DNA of 64,000 nucleotides from an uncultured delta proteobacterium (GTDB lineage Bacteria; Desulfobacterota; Binatia; Binatales; Binataceae): NCBI GenBank assembly GCA_963765675.1, contig CAVXXK010000006.1, positions 128,001 to 192,000 of the forward strand, read 5' to 3'. Shown piece by piece: positions 49,074 to 57,855 of this stretch (position 1 is its first letter; each line of letters starts with the position of its first letter). The notes under the pieces were generated by a model. It saw only the letters and a program-made list of their open reading frames with translations, ran no database searches and was not told where the DNA came from. The position numbers and the translations under genes were made by a program.

Positions 49074-50714
49074 CTATTCAACGTCTGCGATCACCAGCGG
49101 CGGCAGATGTAGATAGGTAATTGACGCCGATCGTCCGAGCTCGGAGGTCGCCATCGCGATCGCCTCGTCGAGCGTGTCGGCGGAATCCCATCCCAGGCGC
49201 GCCGCGACTTCGGGCTGTTCGCATCCGGCGGAGATCACGCGCCCGACATGCTGGCGCGCGGGTTCGCCCCAATACCACATGTAGAACGGATGCACGCCAT
49301 GGTAGGCGTGGCCGTAGCGGTACATATGAGTATAGGTAGGATTATGCGCGAACTCGCGCTCGAAATTCTTTTCCAGCTCGACGGAGTCGGTCGTCTCGGC
49401 GAGGCATCGATGGTAAAACTCGATGTAGCTCGGATGATGCTCCGGATGAAATTCGTCGCGCAGCGGATGGCAAATAATCATCGTGCCGCCCGGCCGCACC
49501 AGCGGCTTATTCCGGTACATGTTGAACAGGTAGCCCATCCCGGTGCATTGCACGAGAATGGGATTCATGATCGAGTTGACATTGTAAGGACAGATAAACG
49601 GGACGCCGACAATTAGTATGTCGGCCTGTCCCTTGACCGGGACTGCGTATTGCTGGAAGACCCGCGCGAGCGCTTTTTCGTGCACCGCGTCGGTATTGCC
49701 GGCCCATACTCCCGTCATCCCGTATGGCGAGCGGTAGTTGTGCAGGACGGTGCGCCGCAGCTCGTTGGACATGTTGCGCATCGTCCAGCGAAAGGCGTTG
49801 GTGCGCGTGCGATCCCAGTCACTGAACTGGTCTTCGTTCTTGTGCAGAAAATCCATCATCCCGCCGTACATGTGAGTATTGACGGCGGTCTCGACCGTGA
49901 AGACGTTCAGGTTATCATTGACTATTGCGCCCATCCGGTTTGCCGAGCGATGCAGGCCCGAATGCTTCGGATCCATGTACGAATGAGAATCACGCAGCGT
50001 CGCGGGGTTATGATGATGCCGCAGGCTCTGGTACGGCGCGAGGCCGACGGCGACCGACTTGTGCCCGCCGTCCATCGGAACCAGATTGATATTTACGTAG
50101 AGTAGCAAGTCCGATTCGGCGGCACGCTTCGAGAGCCAAACTTCCTCGCCATGATCGGTCTTCCCGAGCATCGTGATTTCGGCGCGGTTCTCGCCGTCGA
50201 AATTGTACAGGCGGTCGGGCCAGAACTGCTTGAACGCACGCTCGCCGACGACGCGGCGAATCTCGGCTTCGGTCATCCGACGATGCAGCGCCGTGGCGAT
50301 AATGATGTGCACGTCGTCGACGCCGTAATCCGCCAGCGTCTGAAGCATCTGGTTCAGCACGCGCTCGCGGATATCGGGCGCGCGCATCTGCGGGAGCGGC
50401 AGGCTGATGTCGTCGATCGCGATCGTGACGCGCATGTTCGGATTTAGCTGTGCGAACAGAGGGTCGGCGTTCTCGGGACGCAATAGAGCGTAGCGGATGG
50501 CCTGGTCGGGATCGGGCAGCTCTTCGAGCGGCGGCGGCGGATAGATGACGCGGGTGCCGATCGGCAGCTTTTCGTACAGGAATTCTTCGCCGTACGCGAT
50601 CAGGCGGCGCTCGGAGCGGCGGTTGACGGTGACCACCAGGTCGCGGCGCGCGCCGACGTCGTGCTTGAGCTCGGCGGGCTTGAGCTCTTTGAGCTTGGCC
50701 TCAGGACGCGCCAT
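49074..50714 (-). CDS. Lactate racemase (LarA)-like domain protein
   Basis: VTIAIDDISLP, IIIATALHRRMT..EI, LGKT..GEEV, DGGHKS..GLA, KGQADILIVG, LVRPGGTMII. Confidence 0.75.
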   Translation of the reverse strand: MARPEAKLKELKPAELKHDVGARRDLVVTVNRRSERRLIAYGEEFLYEKLPIGTRVIYPPPPLEELPDPDQAIRYALLRPENADPLFAQLNPNMRVTIAIDDISLPLPQMRAPDIRERVLNQMLQTLADYGVDDVHIIIATALHRRMTEAEIRRVVGERAFKQFWPDRLYNFDGENRAEITMLGKTDHGEEVWLSKRAAESDLLLYVNINLVPMDGGHKSVAVGLAPYQSLRHHHNPATLRDSHSYMDPKHSGLHRSANRMGAIVNDNLNVFTVETAVNTHMYGGMMDFLHKNEDQFSDWDRTRTNAFRWTMRNMSNELRRTVLHNYRSPYGMTGVWAGNTDAVHEKALARVFQQYAVPVKGQADILIVGVPFICPYNVNSIMNPILVQCTGMGYLFNMYRNKPLVRPGGTMIICHPLRDEFHPEHHPSYIEFYHRCLAETTDSVELEKNFEREFAHNPTYTHMYRYGHAYHGVHPFYMWYWGEPARQHVGRVISAGCEQPEVAARLGWDSADTLDEAIAMATSELGRSASITYLHLPPLVIADVE

Positions 50715-51489
50715 CGATGATCTCCCCGGAAGCTGCCAGCGCGCGATCGCCCTCAGTTGCGGCGGCGGAGTCGCGGGATTTGTCGAAGGTGATAATCGGC
50801 CAATTGCGCCCGAGCGCTGCAGCGCGCAGCTTGCGATCGGGATTGACGGCTACCGGATGCCCCAGCGCGGCGAGAAACGGCAGATCGTAGTAGGAATCCG
50901 CGTAGCCCCAGCACCTGTCGAGCGAGATATCGCGCGTGGCCGCGAACTCCGCACACCACGCGGCTTTCTCTTCCGCCGCCATCACGGGCGCCGCGATACG
51001 CCCAGTTGCGCGTCCCCGCGACATCACCAGGCGATTGGCGGCGACGTGATTGACCCCAAGATGGCGCGCGAGTGGCTCGGCGATAAAGTCGGGTGAGCCG
51101 GTGACGAGGACCGGTTCGAGTCCGAAATCACGGTTGGCGCTCAAAATCTCGACCGCGCGCGGATAGAGATTCCTGAGCAGCACGCGCTCGCAGTATTCCT
51201 CGCCGAGCGAGAACAGCCGGTCGGACGAGACGCCTTGAAATGATTCGAACAGAACCTGATTAAGCAATCTGCGATCCTTGCGCTCGGCCAGATAAAGGCG
51301 CGGCGCTCGCGCGGCGAACGAGAGCAGGTATCCGGCGCGCCCGGACCATTCGCCCAGGTTGGCCAGGATGAAAAGTGCGGAGTGGACGAGATTGAGCGCG
51401 CACAGGGTGCCGTCGAGGTCATAGAAGGCCACGCCGGCCTGAGGTTTTTTCCGCGGCAAGCGAGCTTCCTTTTGCGCTAAAACTGACAT
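50701..51489 (-). CDS. HAD-IB family hydrolase/phosphatase
   Basis: FYDLDGTL, LVTGS, EEKA, GYADSYYDLPFL..GHPVAVNPD. Confidence 0.9.
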   Translation of the reverse strand: MSVLAQKEARLPRKKPQAGVAFYDLDGTLCALNLVHSALFILANLGEWSGRAGYLLSFAARAPRLYLAERKDRRLLNQVLFESFQGVSSDRLFSLGEEYCERVLLRNLYPRAVEILSANRDFGLEPVLVTGSPDFIAEPLARHLGVNHVAANRLVMSRGRATGRIAAPVMAAEEKAAWCAEFAATRDISLDRCWGYADSYYDLPFLAALGHPVAVNPDRKLRAAALGRNWPIITFDKSRDSAAATEGDRALAASGEIIDGAS

Positions 51490-51495
51490 GTCATT

Positions 51496-52146
51496 CTAGT
51501 TCCGGGCAAATAAAAAGCGCGGCTCCGGGTCGCCATTGCCAGCCCGTGCAGCGGCTTCCAGAAGCTCGGGCCGCGCTACGCCGCGCAAGCCAAAATCCAG
51601 GATCTCCTCGACCAGCGCGGAAGTGTCAGATTTAGGTGTGCGCGAGAGCAGACTGACGACTTCCTTGATCGCACCCAGGATGCAATACGCGATCGCGCGC
51701 GTGTCGGATTTGCGCACCAGGTTCATCTCGATTCCCAAATCCAGCGAGCGCTGGATCAGCATCGCGATCCGGTCGTAGAACTCGCGGATACGCTGGTCGA
51801 GCTCGCGATCGAATCCCACCGAATGGTTGAGCAGGATATCGGTCAGCTCGCGCTCCTCGAGGACGTACTCGACCACGCGACGCAGATTGTCGCGAAGCTG
51901 CTCGACGGGATCAGGCTGGTCCGCGCCGACGCGCAGCCGCAGGATTCGGGTGGTCAGCTCGGTCAGCACCTGCTCGAGCAACTCCTCGAACAAGTCTTTC
52001 TTGTTTTGGAAATAGAGATAGAAGGTGCCACGCGCGATTCGCGCGCGCGCGATAATATCGGCGACGTTAGTCCGATGATATCCCTTGCGGGCGAATATCC
52101 GTTTTGCATGGCGCAACACCTGCGCGCGCCGAGCCTGCTTTTCCAT
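51496..52146 (-). CDS. TetR/AcrR family transcriptional regulator
   Basis: FARKGYHRTNVADII..ARGTFYLYFQNKKDLF HTH. Confidence 0.93.
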   Translation of the reverse strand: MEKQARRAQVLRHAKRIFARKGYHRTNVADIIARARIARGTFYLYFQNKKDLFEELLEQVLTELTTRILRLRVGADQPDPVEQLRDNLRRVVEYVLEERELTDILLNHSVGFDRELDQRIREFYDRIAMLIQRSLDLGIEMNLVRKSDTRAIAYCILGAIKEVVSLLSRTPKSDTSALVEEILDFGLRGVARPELLEAAARAGNGDPEPRFLFARN

Positions 52147-52153
52147 CGTGATG

Positions 52154-52198
52154 ATTCTACCAAAGCCCGAGGCTAACGGCCCTCCGGACCACTGTCAA
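52154..52198 (-). promoter_or_regulatory. Putative promoters of the tetR-led lipid operon
   Basis: Minus strand TTGACA(52198-52193)-17 bp-TAGCCT; also an extended -10 TGgTAGAAT 7 nt before the ATG (leaderless-type). Confidence 0.6.
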
Positions 52199-52385
52199 AC
52201 CGCCCCGCCGCCAGCCTGTGGATTGTTTTTCCGGCCGCGCGCGAGGTGCGCTGCATGTTCTCGTGTGGGCCTTGCTAAATCGCTCCCGTGCCAGGAATGA
52301 CCGCGCGAGGCGCTGGCGTCGGGCGGGCGGGATCGTTTACCTTCGTTGGGCGATGCGGGTGCGCGTCGTTCATGGAGGTGACGCG

Positions 52386-52835
52386 ATGCAGTCCAAGGAA
52401 TTCTGGAGCAAGGCGCAGGCGATCGGGGCCAAGGCGACGTGGGCCTATCTGGCGACCGCCAGCGGCGATCAACCCAAGGTCCGAGTGGTGCATCCGGCGA
52501 TCGAGGGCGAGCGCGTGTGGGTCGCGACCGGACGTAACTCGGCCAAGGCGCGGCATCTGGCGCGCAACCAGAAGGTCGAGCTGTTCTACCAGGTAGGAGC
52601 GGATTTCATTCATTTGACTATCACCGGCACGGCGAAATTTGTCGACGACGCCGCCGAGAAGAAGCGCGTCTGGAACAGCAAGGTCTTCGATTACGATCTC
52701 GGCCAGTTCTGGCCCGAAGGCGCGGAGTCCAAGGAGTTCGGCCTGATCCTGATCACGCCGACGCGCGCCGAGATCACCTCGTTGCCCGAGATGAGCCAGG
52801 GCAAGAAGCCGGAGGTCTGGCGCGCGAAGAAGTAG
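52386..52835 (+). CDS. Pyridoxamine 5'-phosphate oxidase-like (split-barrel flavin-binding) protein
   Basis: YLAT..GDQPKVR..WVATGRNSAK...L..NQKVEL; GGAGG RBS. Confidence 0.82.
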   Translation: MQSKEFWSKAQAIGAKATWAYLATASGDQPKVRVVHPAIEGERVWVATGRNSAKARHLARNQKVELFYQVGADFIHLTITGTAKFVDDAAEKKRVWNSKVFDYDLGQFWPEGAESKEFGLILITPTRAEITSLPEMSQGKKPEVWRAKK

Positions 52836-52904
52836 GTCGCGGACGATTTTCCGAGGTTGTCGATTATCAGAAAAAGCTGGAGTGGTTGCACTAATCGCTT
52901 CGCG

Positions 52905-52933
52905 GAGATCCTTCGCCTGCGGCTCAGGATGAC
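52905..52933. repeat. GTCAT-type REP-like repeat
   Basis: GAGATCCTTCGCCTGCGGCTCAGGATGAC has the same GAT..ATGAC architecture as the other copies; lies between convergent genes. Confidence 0.65.
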
Positions 52934-53021
52934 GACAAGGGAGGGCCTGCGAGAATCGACAGCCTCTTCGGACAGAGACTGCGGTGCTTAGCTCCGGAGT
53001 TTCGCGCGCAAATGGCGCGAA

Positions 53022-53522
53022 CTATCCTCTCGCTTTTTCGCGCGCGAAGATGGCGCGCTCTTCGGCGTTCATCTTGGCGCGGATTCGCGAGCCCTTGCCG
53101 AGATGGCGGTAGAGCCCGCCTTCCGAAAAAAATTCCTCGTACGGTTTGGCGGGAATTTCTTCGGCGGGCGGAGTGTCGCTGATCTTGGCGCCGAGTGCTT
53201 CTTCGACCAGCGATGAATCGTACATCCGGATCGCGTCGTAGTCGGTAAGCAGCGAGCAGACCTCGACGCAGATGTAGCATCCGATGCATTCCTGAAAGCG
53301 ATCCTGGACCGGCTGCACCCCGCGGCCGGGAACGCTGCCGTTTTGCAGATACTCGATGCAATTGACCGGGCAGAACTCAGGACATTTGCCGCACGGGAAG
53401 CATAGGTTCACGTCCATGAACGCGACTTCGCGCGGACGTTTTTTCTTGCGGGAGATTTCGTCGGGAGTCTCGGGGACGCGGTCTTCCTTGAGGCGGCGCT
53501 TGATTATCTCTATTGCATCCAT
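53022..53522 (-). CDS. 2x[4Fe-4S] ferredoxin-like protein
   Basis: CFPCGKCPEFCP and CIGCYICVEVC. Confidence 0.85.
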   Translation of the reverse strand: MDAIEIIKRRLKEDRVPETPDEISRKKKRPREVAFMDVNLCFPCGKCPEFCPVNCIEYLQNGSVPGRGVQPVQDRFQECIGCYICVEVCSLLTDYDAIRMYDSSLVEEALGAKISDTPPAEEIPAKPYEEFFSEGGLYRHLGKGSRIRAKMNAEERAIFAREKARG

Positions 53523-53576
53523 CGCTTTCTATCTCACACCGCGAGCGGGAATCGCGTCAAGCGTGTTCCGCGGGCG

Positions 53577-55199
53577 TTACTTTAGCGCCGAGACTCGCCC
53601 GTCCGATGACGCCACGAAAACCGCGCCCGACGGCGACGCCGCGAGCGCCAGCACTTTGCCCGCGCTATGCGACGACCATCCGGCGGAGCCGTCGGCGCTG
53701 ATCTTGATGATCGTGCCGTCGGCAACGGCGACATACACGTCGCCATCCGCCTCGACCGCGATATTGCCTGCGGTGGGCGCGTAGGCCTTCGCGGTCCAGC
53801 GCAGCGTGCCGGAGGTATCATCGACGGCGTAGAGGGCGCCGGCTCCGAAATAGGCCTGGCCGAGCGCGTCCACTACCGGTCCCGCGACGGGAGTTCCCGC
53901 CGCGCCGGCGACGCTCCAGTTCTGCGCGCCGGTGTCGGTATCGACGGAATAGAGAATTCCCTTGCCCGAGACGCTGTAGACGGTCGTCCCCGCGGTAACG
54001 AGGTTGCCCGCGAATCCGCCATCCGGTGCGAAGGCCCAGAGCTCGGAGCCGGTGGTGGAATAGGCGCTCAAGTCGCCCCCTGCCGACGCGATCACGACAC
54101 CGCCGGGGATTATCGCCGCGGCGGTTGCCGCACCGGCCGGGACGCTCCAGTTGATCTGTCCCTGCGAGCTCACTGACACAAGATTTTCGCCGACGCTCAC
54201 GTATGCGGCGCCGTCACCGACGGCGAGCGGAACTCCTCCACTTCCGATCTGCACCTTCCAGCGGGGGACACCCACCGACGTGAGTCCATAGAGCCAGTCA
54301 GTCGTGCCCTGCACGACAATGGTGCCGTCGGGAGCGACAGCAACCGCGGTTCCGCCGGCAGGACGGTCGAAGATCTGATTCCCGTGCGAGTCGATCGCAT
54401 GCAGGAGCCCGTCGGTAGTAATGAAGTAGGCTTCGCCATGGGTTCCCGGCGTGATCCGCCCGGCGACCGGCGCATCATTCTTGATGGTCCACTGTGCGGT
54501 CGCCGAAGCAACTGTTGTCGACGCCGCCGGTATCACGAAGCTGAGCGTGGCGACATCGCCTTTGGGCGTGGCGGTCGCGGTCGGCGTGGCGGTCGGAGTC
54601 GGGCAGGGCGGACACGGACCGGGCGATCCCACCTGGATCGCATACTGCAGGCTCGCAATGCTCGAAGAGCTCGCGCTGATACAGGTGCATCCCTCGGCCT
54701 GTCCCTGGTAGATGCCGCCGAAGCCGACGACTGGATTCACGACGATTCCAGGAGGATTCGAGCCCCAGAAAGTATTCGCGCTGTTGGTGATGTCCTGGTA
54801 CTGGGTCTTTGTCGCGCCGCCTGTGTTATGTTTGACCAGCACGCCCTGCGCTTCGAACGCGACGGTGCCATTGATCGTGGTATCGAAAACCGTGCCGGGA
54901 GCGGGCGTCGAGCAGGCGGTTGCAGTCGGCGTCTTTGTCGGAGTCGGAGGATGCTTGGGGGTCGGAGTCGAGGTCGGTACTCCCGTTGGAGACGGAGTCG
55001 GGACGAGCTGGCAGATATTGATCGCCTCGAGCGCGTAGCCCTGGGTCGGAGTTGGACCGGGGCAGAGGCCTGGAATAAAGGTGCCGGTCGAGTCGACCAC
55101 GCCGAAGCATCCGGAGTTCGAACTGCAGCTCGAAATTATCGTTCCGGCCACCAATATCACGACGGGAGCGAGAATGATCCATCTGATCCAGCGCGTCAT
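53577..55199 (-). CDS. Lipoprotein with Cys/Pro/Thr-rich N-terminus and PQQ-like beta-propeller
   Basis: Lipobox IISSC; PT repeats; repeated LYAVD..G..RW-type motifs. Confidence 0.8.
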   Translation of the reverse strand: MTRWIRWIILAPVVILVAGTIISSCSSNSGCFGVVDSTGTFIPGLCPGPTPTQGYALEAINICQLVPTPSPTGVPTSTPTPKHPPTPTKTPTATACSTPAPGTVFDTTINGTVAFEAQGVLVKHNTGGATKTQYQDITNSANTFWGSNPPGIVVNPVVGFGGIYQGQAEGCTCISASSSSIASLQYAIQVGSPGPCPPCPTPTATPTATATPKGDVATLSFVIPAASTTVASATAQWTIKNDAPVAGRITPGTHGEAYFITTDGLLHAIDSHGNQIFDRPAGGTAVAVAPDGTIVVQGTTDWLYGLTSVGVPRWKVQIGSGGVPLAVGDGAAYVSVGENLVSVSSQGQINWSVPAGAATAAAIIPGGVVIASAGGDLSAYSTTGSELWAFAPDGGFAGNLVTAGTTVYSVSGKGILYSVDTDTGAQNWSVAGAAGTPVAGPVVDALGQAYFGAGALYAVDDTSGTLRWTAKAYAPTAGNIAVEADGDVYVAVADGTIIKISADGSAGWSSHSAGKVLALAASPSGAVFVASSDGRVSALK

Positions 55200-55289
55200 A
55201 GAACCTTGAGCTATGACGGCGCGATCGCGCGCTGTCAAGCCGCAGCGCGAAATCAGCGATGCATTAGCTTGAAAAGAGCTCCGCGGTTG

Positions 55290-55415
55290 TGTCATTCCCG
55301 CGCGTGTGGCTGCCGCGCGCGAGGAATCCCGGACGGATGGCTGCTGCATGTGGCCGCGGCTCGGTGCATGGACGTCCCGGGATTCCTCGCGCGGCAGCCA
55401 CGCGCGGGAATGACA
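55290..55415. repeat. Inverted doublet of GTCAT-type REP-like repeats
   Basis: TGTCATTCCCGCGCGTGTGGCTGCCGCGCGCGAGGAATCCCGG (55290-55332) and CCGGGATTCCTCGCGCGGCAGCCACGCGCGGGAATGACA (55377-55415). Confidence 0.85.
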
Positions 55416-55453
55416 ATCGGGACACGCGCTCGAAATACGGATAATCGAAAGAG

Positions 55454-55596
55454 AAAAAAGACGGCGGGCGTCAAAGGAGGGGGGGACTCCTCAACGCCCG
55501 CCAGTTCGTAGCGGCCGCTCGCTTGCGCGAGCGGTTATGCCGGTTGGTGGGAGGAGCATCCAACCAGTATCGGGTGCCAGAGCCATCAGAGCACCC
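55454..55596 (-). ncRNA. Candidate ~143-nt small RNA with four consecutive hairpins and an intrinsic terminator
   Basis: GGGUGC/GCACCC; CUGGUUGG-AUGCUCCUCCCA-CCAACCGG; CCGCUCGC-GCAA-GCGAGCGG; GGCGGGCGUUGAGGAG-UCCCCCC-CUCCUUUGACGCCCGCC then GUCUUUUUU; AT-rich region upstream; no credible ORF. Confidence 0.65.
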
Positions 55597-55835
55597 AATT
55601 ATTTAGACGGGGACAGATCGCGATTATTCATCGAAAGAATCATCAAACCATTCATTCGCTTTTTGATTCGATTCAATATTTCCTCGCGATTCATTCCCCA
55701 TCCTCTGGAAAGTTTGACGGCGGCGTCGTACAGATTATTCAGCCATCGATCTTTTGCAGTCTGGCCAGTCATCGCTTGCGGGTCCCCTGGATTCCACTTG
55801 GGATTCTGCCTGGGCCGACAGGAAGGAGCATCATC

Positions 55836-56843
55836 ATGGAATATCGGCGTTTGGGATCCACGGGCCTTAAGGTTTCAGAGCTATGCCTTGGATGCATGAC
55901 GTTCGGACGCGAGACGAAAGAGCACGAAGCGAAAAAGATTCTCGACAAGTTTCTCGAAGCGGGAGGGAATTTCCTCGATACGGCGAACGTGTACGCCGCC
56001 GGCGCGTCGGAAGATATCGTAGGCAGGATTACCAAGGGCAAACGCGATTCACTCGTGATCGCGACCAAGGTGCGCTTCAATGCCAACGTCTTCATCGGAA
56101 AGAAGATAGGGCCCAACGAAATTGGATTGTCGCGCGGGCATATCATGGCCGAGGTCGAGCGCAGCCTTAAACGGCTCCAGACCGACTACATCGATCTCTA
56201 CCAGGTGCATTCGTGGGACTTCGAAACTCCGATCGAAGAGACGATGCGCGCGCTCGACGACCTGGTTCGCCAGGGCAAGGTGCGCTATATCGGCGCGTCG
56301 AATTTTACCGCGTGGCAGCTCATGAAGAGCTTGTGGATCAGCGATAAGTTCAACTATGCGCGTTTTGACTCGCTGCAGCCGCAATACAGCCTGATCTGCC
56401 GCGATATCGAGCGCGAGCTGATGCCGATGATTCGCGAAGAGGGAATCGGCGTTATCCCATGGAGTCCGCTCGGCGGAGGATTTCTTACCGGCAAGTATCA
56501 CTCAGGTGAGAAGCCGCCCGAGGACGGCCGCCTCGCGAAGCAGGACCTGTGGGGACGCCTCGCGAACGAGCGCAACTACCGCACGCTCGAGGCGGTCGAG
56601 CAGGTGGCCAAGGAACGCGGCCGCAGTATCGCGCAGGTCGCGCTCGCGTGGGTGAATCAGCAGCCGGGAGTAAGCTCGGTGATCTACGGTGCGCGGACCA
56701 CGGAGCAGAACGATCAGAACCTGGGCGCGGTCGGACTTCATCTGGAAGCCGCCGAGCTCGCGGCATTGAACAACGCGAGCGCCCTCGCGCCCGAGTATCC
56801 GGTCTCGATGCAGGCGCGTCTGCCGGGAGCGCCGCGGGCATAG
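55836..56843 (+). CDS. Aldo/keto reductase
   Basis: MEYRRLGSTGLKVSELCLG, DTANVY, IATK, SLKRLQTDYIDLYQVH, PWSPLGGG. Confidence 0.95.
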   Translation: MEYRRLGSTGLKVSELCLGCMTFGRETKEHEAKKILDKFLEAGGNFLDTANVYAAGASEDIVGRITKGKRDSLVIATKVRFNANVFIGKKIGPNEIGLSRGHIMAEVERSLKRLQTDYIDLYQVHSWDFETPIEETMRALDDLVRQGKVRYIGASNFTAWQLMKSLWISDKFNYARFDSLQPQYSLICRDIERELMPMIREEGIGVIPWSPLGGGFLTGKYHSGEKPPEDGRLAKQDLWGRLANERNYRTLEAVEQVAKERGRSIAQVALAWVNQQPGVSSVIYGARTTEQNDQNLGAVGLHLEAAELAALNNASALAPEYPVSMQARLPGAPRA

Positions 56844-56917
56844 CTGTAGCGGGCAGGATCGGCTTTTCAGCCGAAATCCGGTGGGTTCGTTTGGTATCTT
56901 TTTGTGGCGCCGAAAAA

Positions 56918-57650
56918 TTATTCTCCTTGAGAATGCTTAAGAATTTCGCTCGATGGGTTCGTTTTAGGCGTCTTTTCGGTACCTGATTCTGGGGCCTCCG
57001 CGCGGCGCCGGCGCTGCATCCGGTCGAGCTGATCGATCGCGCGGAACAGATGGCGCATCAGGCCGTTTTCGTAACGGCTGATCATCACGACCTCGTCGGC
57101 ATCGGGCATCGAAAGACCATTGAGCCCGGTCTCGGCGAGAATTCGCTCGCCTTCGTCCTCGTGCGCAACACGTTTCGCTCCGACCGCCTTTTCGCGGAGC
57201 TCGTCCCAGATCGATGGCGGCTCGGACCACTCGAGCGAATTCTGGAACGCCACACGATTTTCGTACTTGAGCAAGCGGCGCAGGCGCCAGGTGCATACGC
57301 CGATCTCCTGCACCATCAGCATTTCCAGGGCTCCTACGGGCTTGCGGTCGGCGACCAGCGCGGACATCAGGGCGCGGAACTGCACGGACGCGCGATGGCC
57401 TTCGAGCTTCGGGAATCACGAGCCCTCGCGAGAGGACGCCGGGCCTCGCGAGGGCGCGGCGCTTGGCCAGAACGCCGTGCTTGACGGCATTCATCGCAGA
57501 GCGCGCCTTGCCGCGCTTGGAGCGCGGGCCGGTCGAGAGCAGGGCATTCTCGCGATTAGCCGCGAGTTTACGGTCGGAAATGGTGCGGCGCTCGGGCGCG
57601 GGCAGCGCCGAAGGGGTAGGGTCGCCAGCACATGGCGGTTGTTCGTCCAT
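56918..57650 (-). CDS. Conserved hypothetical protein (ANR.NA..STGPR...GK..S..NA.KHG family), one apparent +1 frameshift near 57412
   Basis: N-terminal motif in ORF 56964..57668; helical C-terminus (WRLRRL..YE; RYE..L.R.L.RAI..L) in ORF 56918..57385; removing one C in ATTCCCGAAG fuses them. Confidence 0.65.
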
Positions 57651-57855
57651 GTGTTCAATTGTGCACAAATTGTCAAAAAAACAAGGCTGAACAGTTCAGC
57701 CTTATTTTTTTCCTCGAAATATGTTATAGGGCCGCCTCTCCTGGTCCGTTGCCCAGTATGATTCCTTGCCTGAAAGGGAGTTTTTTGGGCCCGATTTTCC
57801 AGAGGGACTTGCATGATGTACCATAGGGCTGATCTTCGAGTGGGTGAGCGGCGCC

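Noticed and set aside
56882-56964. Twice-repeated TGGGTTCGTTT motif
   Set aside because: Only two short copies at the 3' end of a hypothetical gene; not enough to support a regulatory or repeat call
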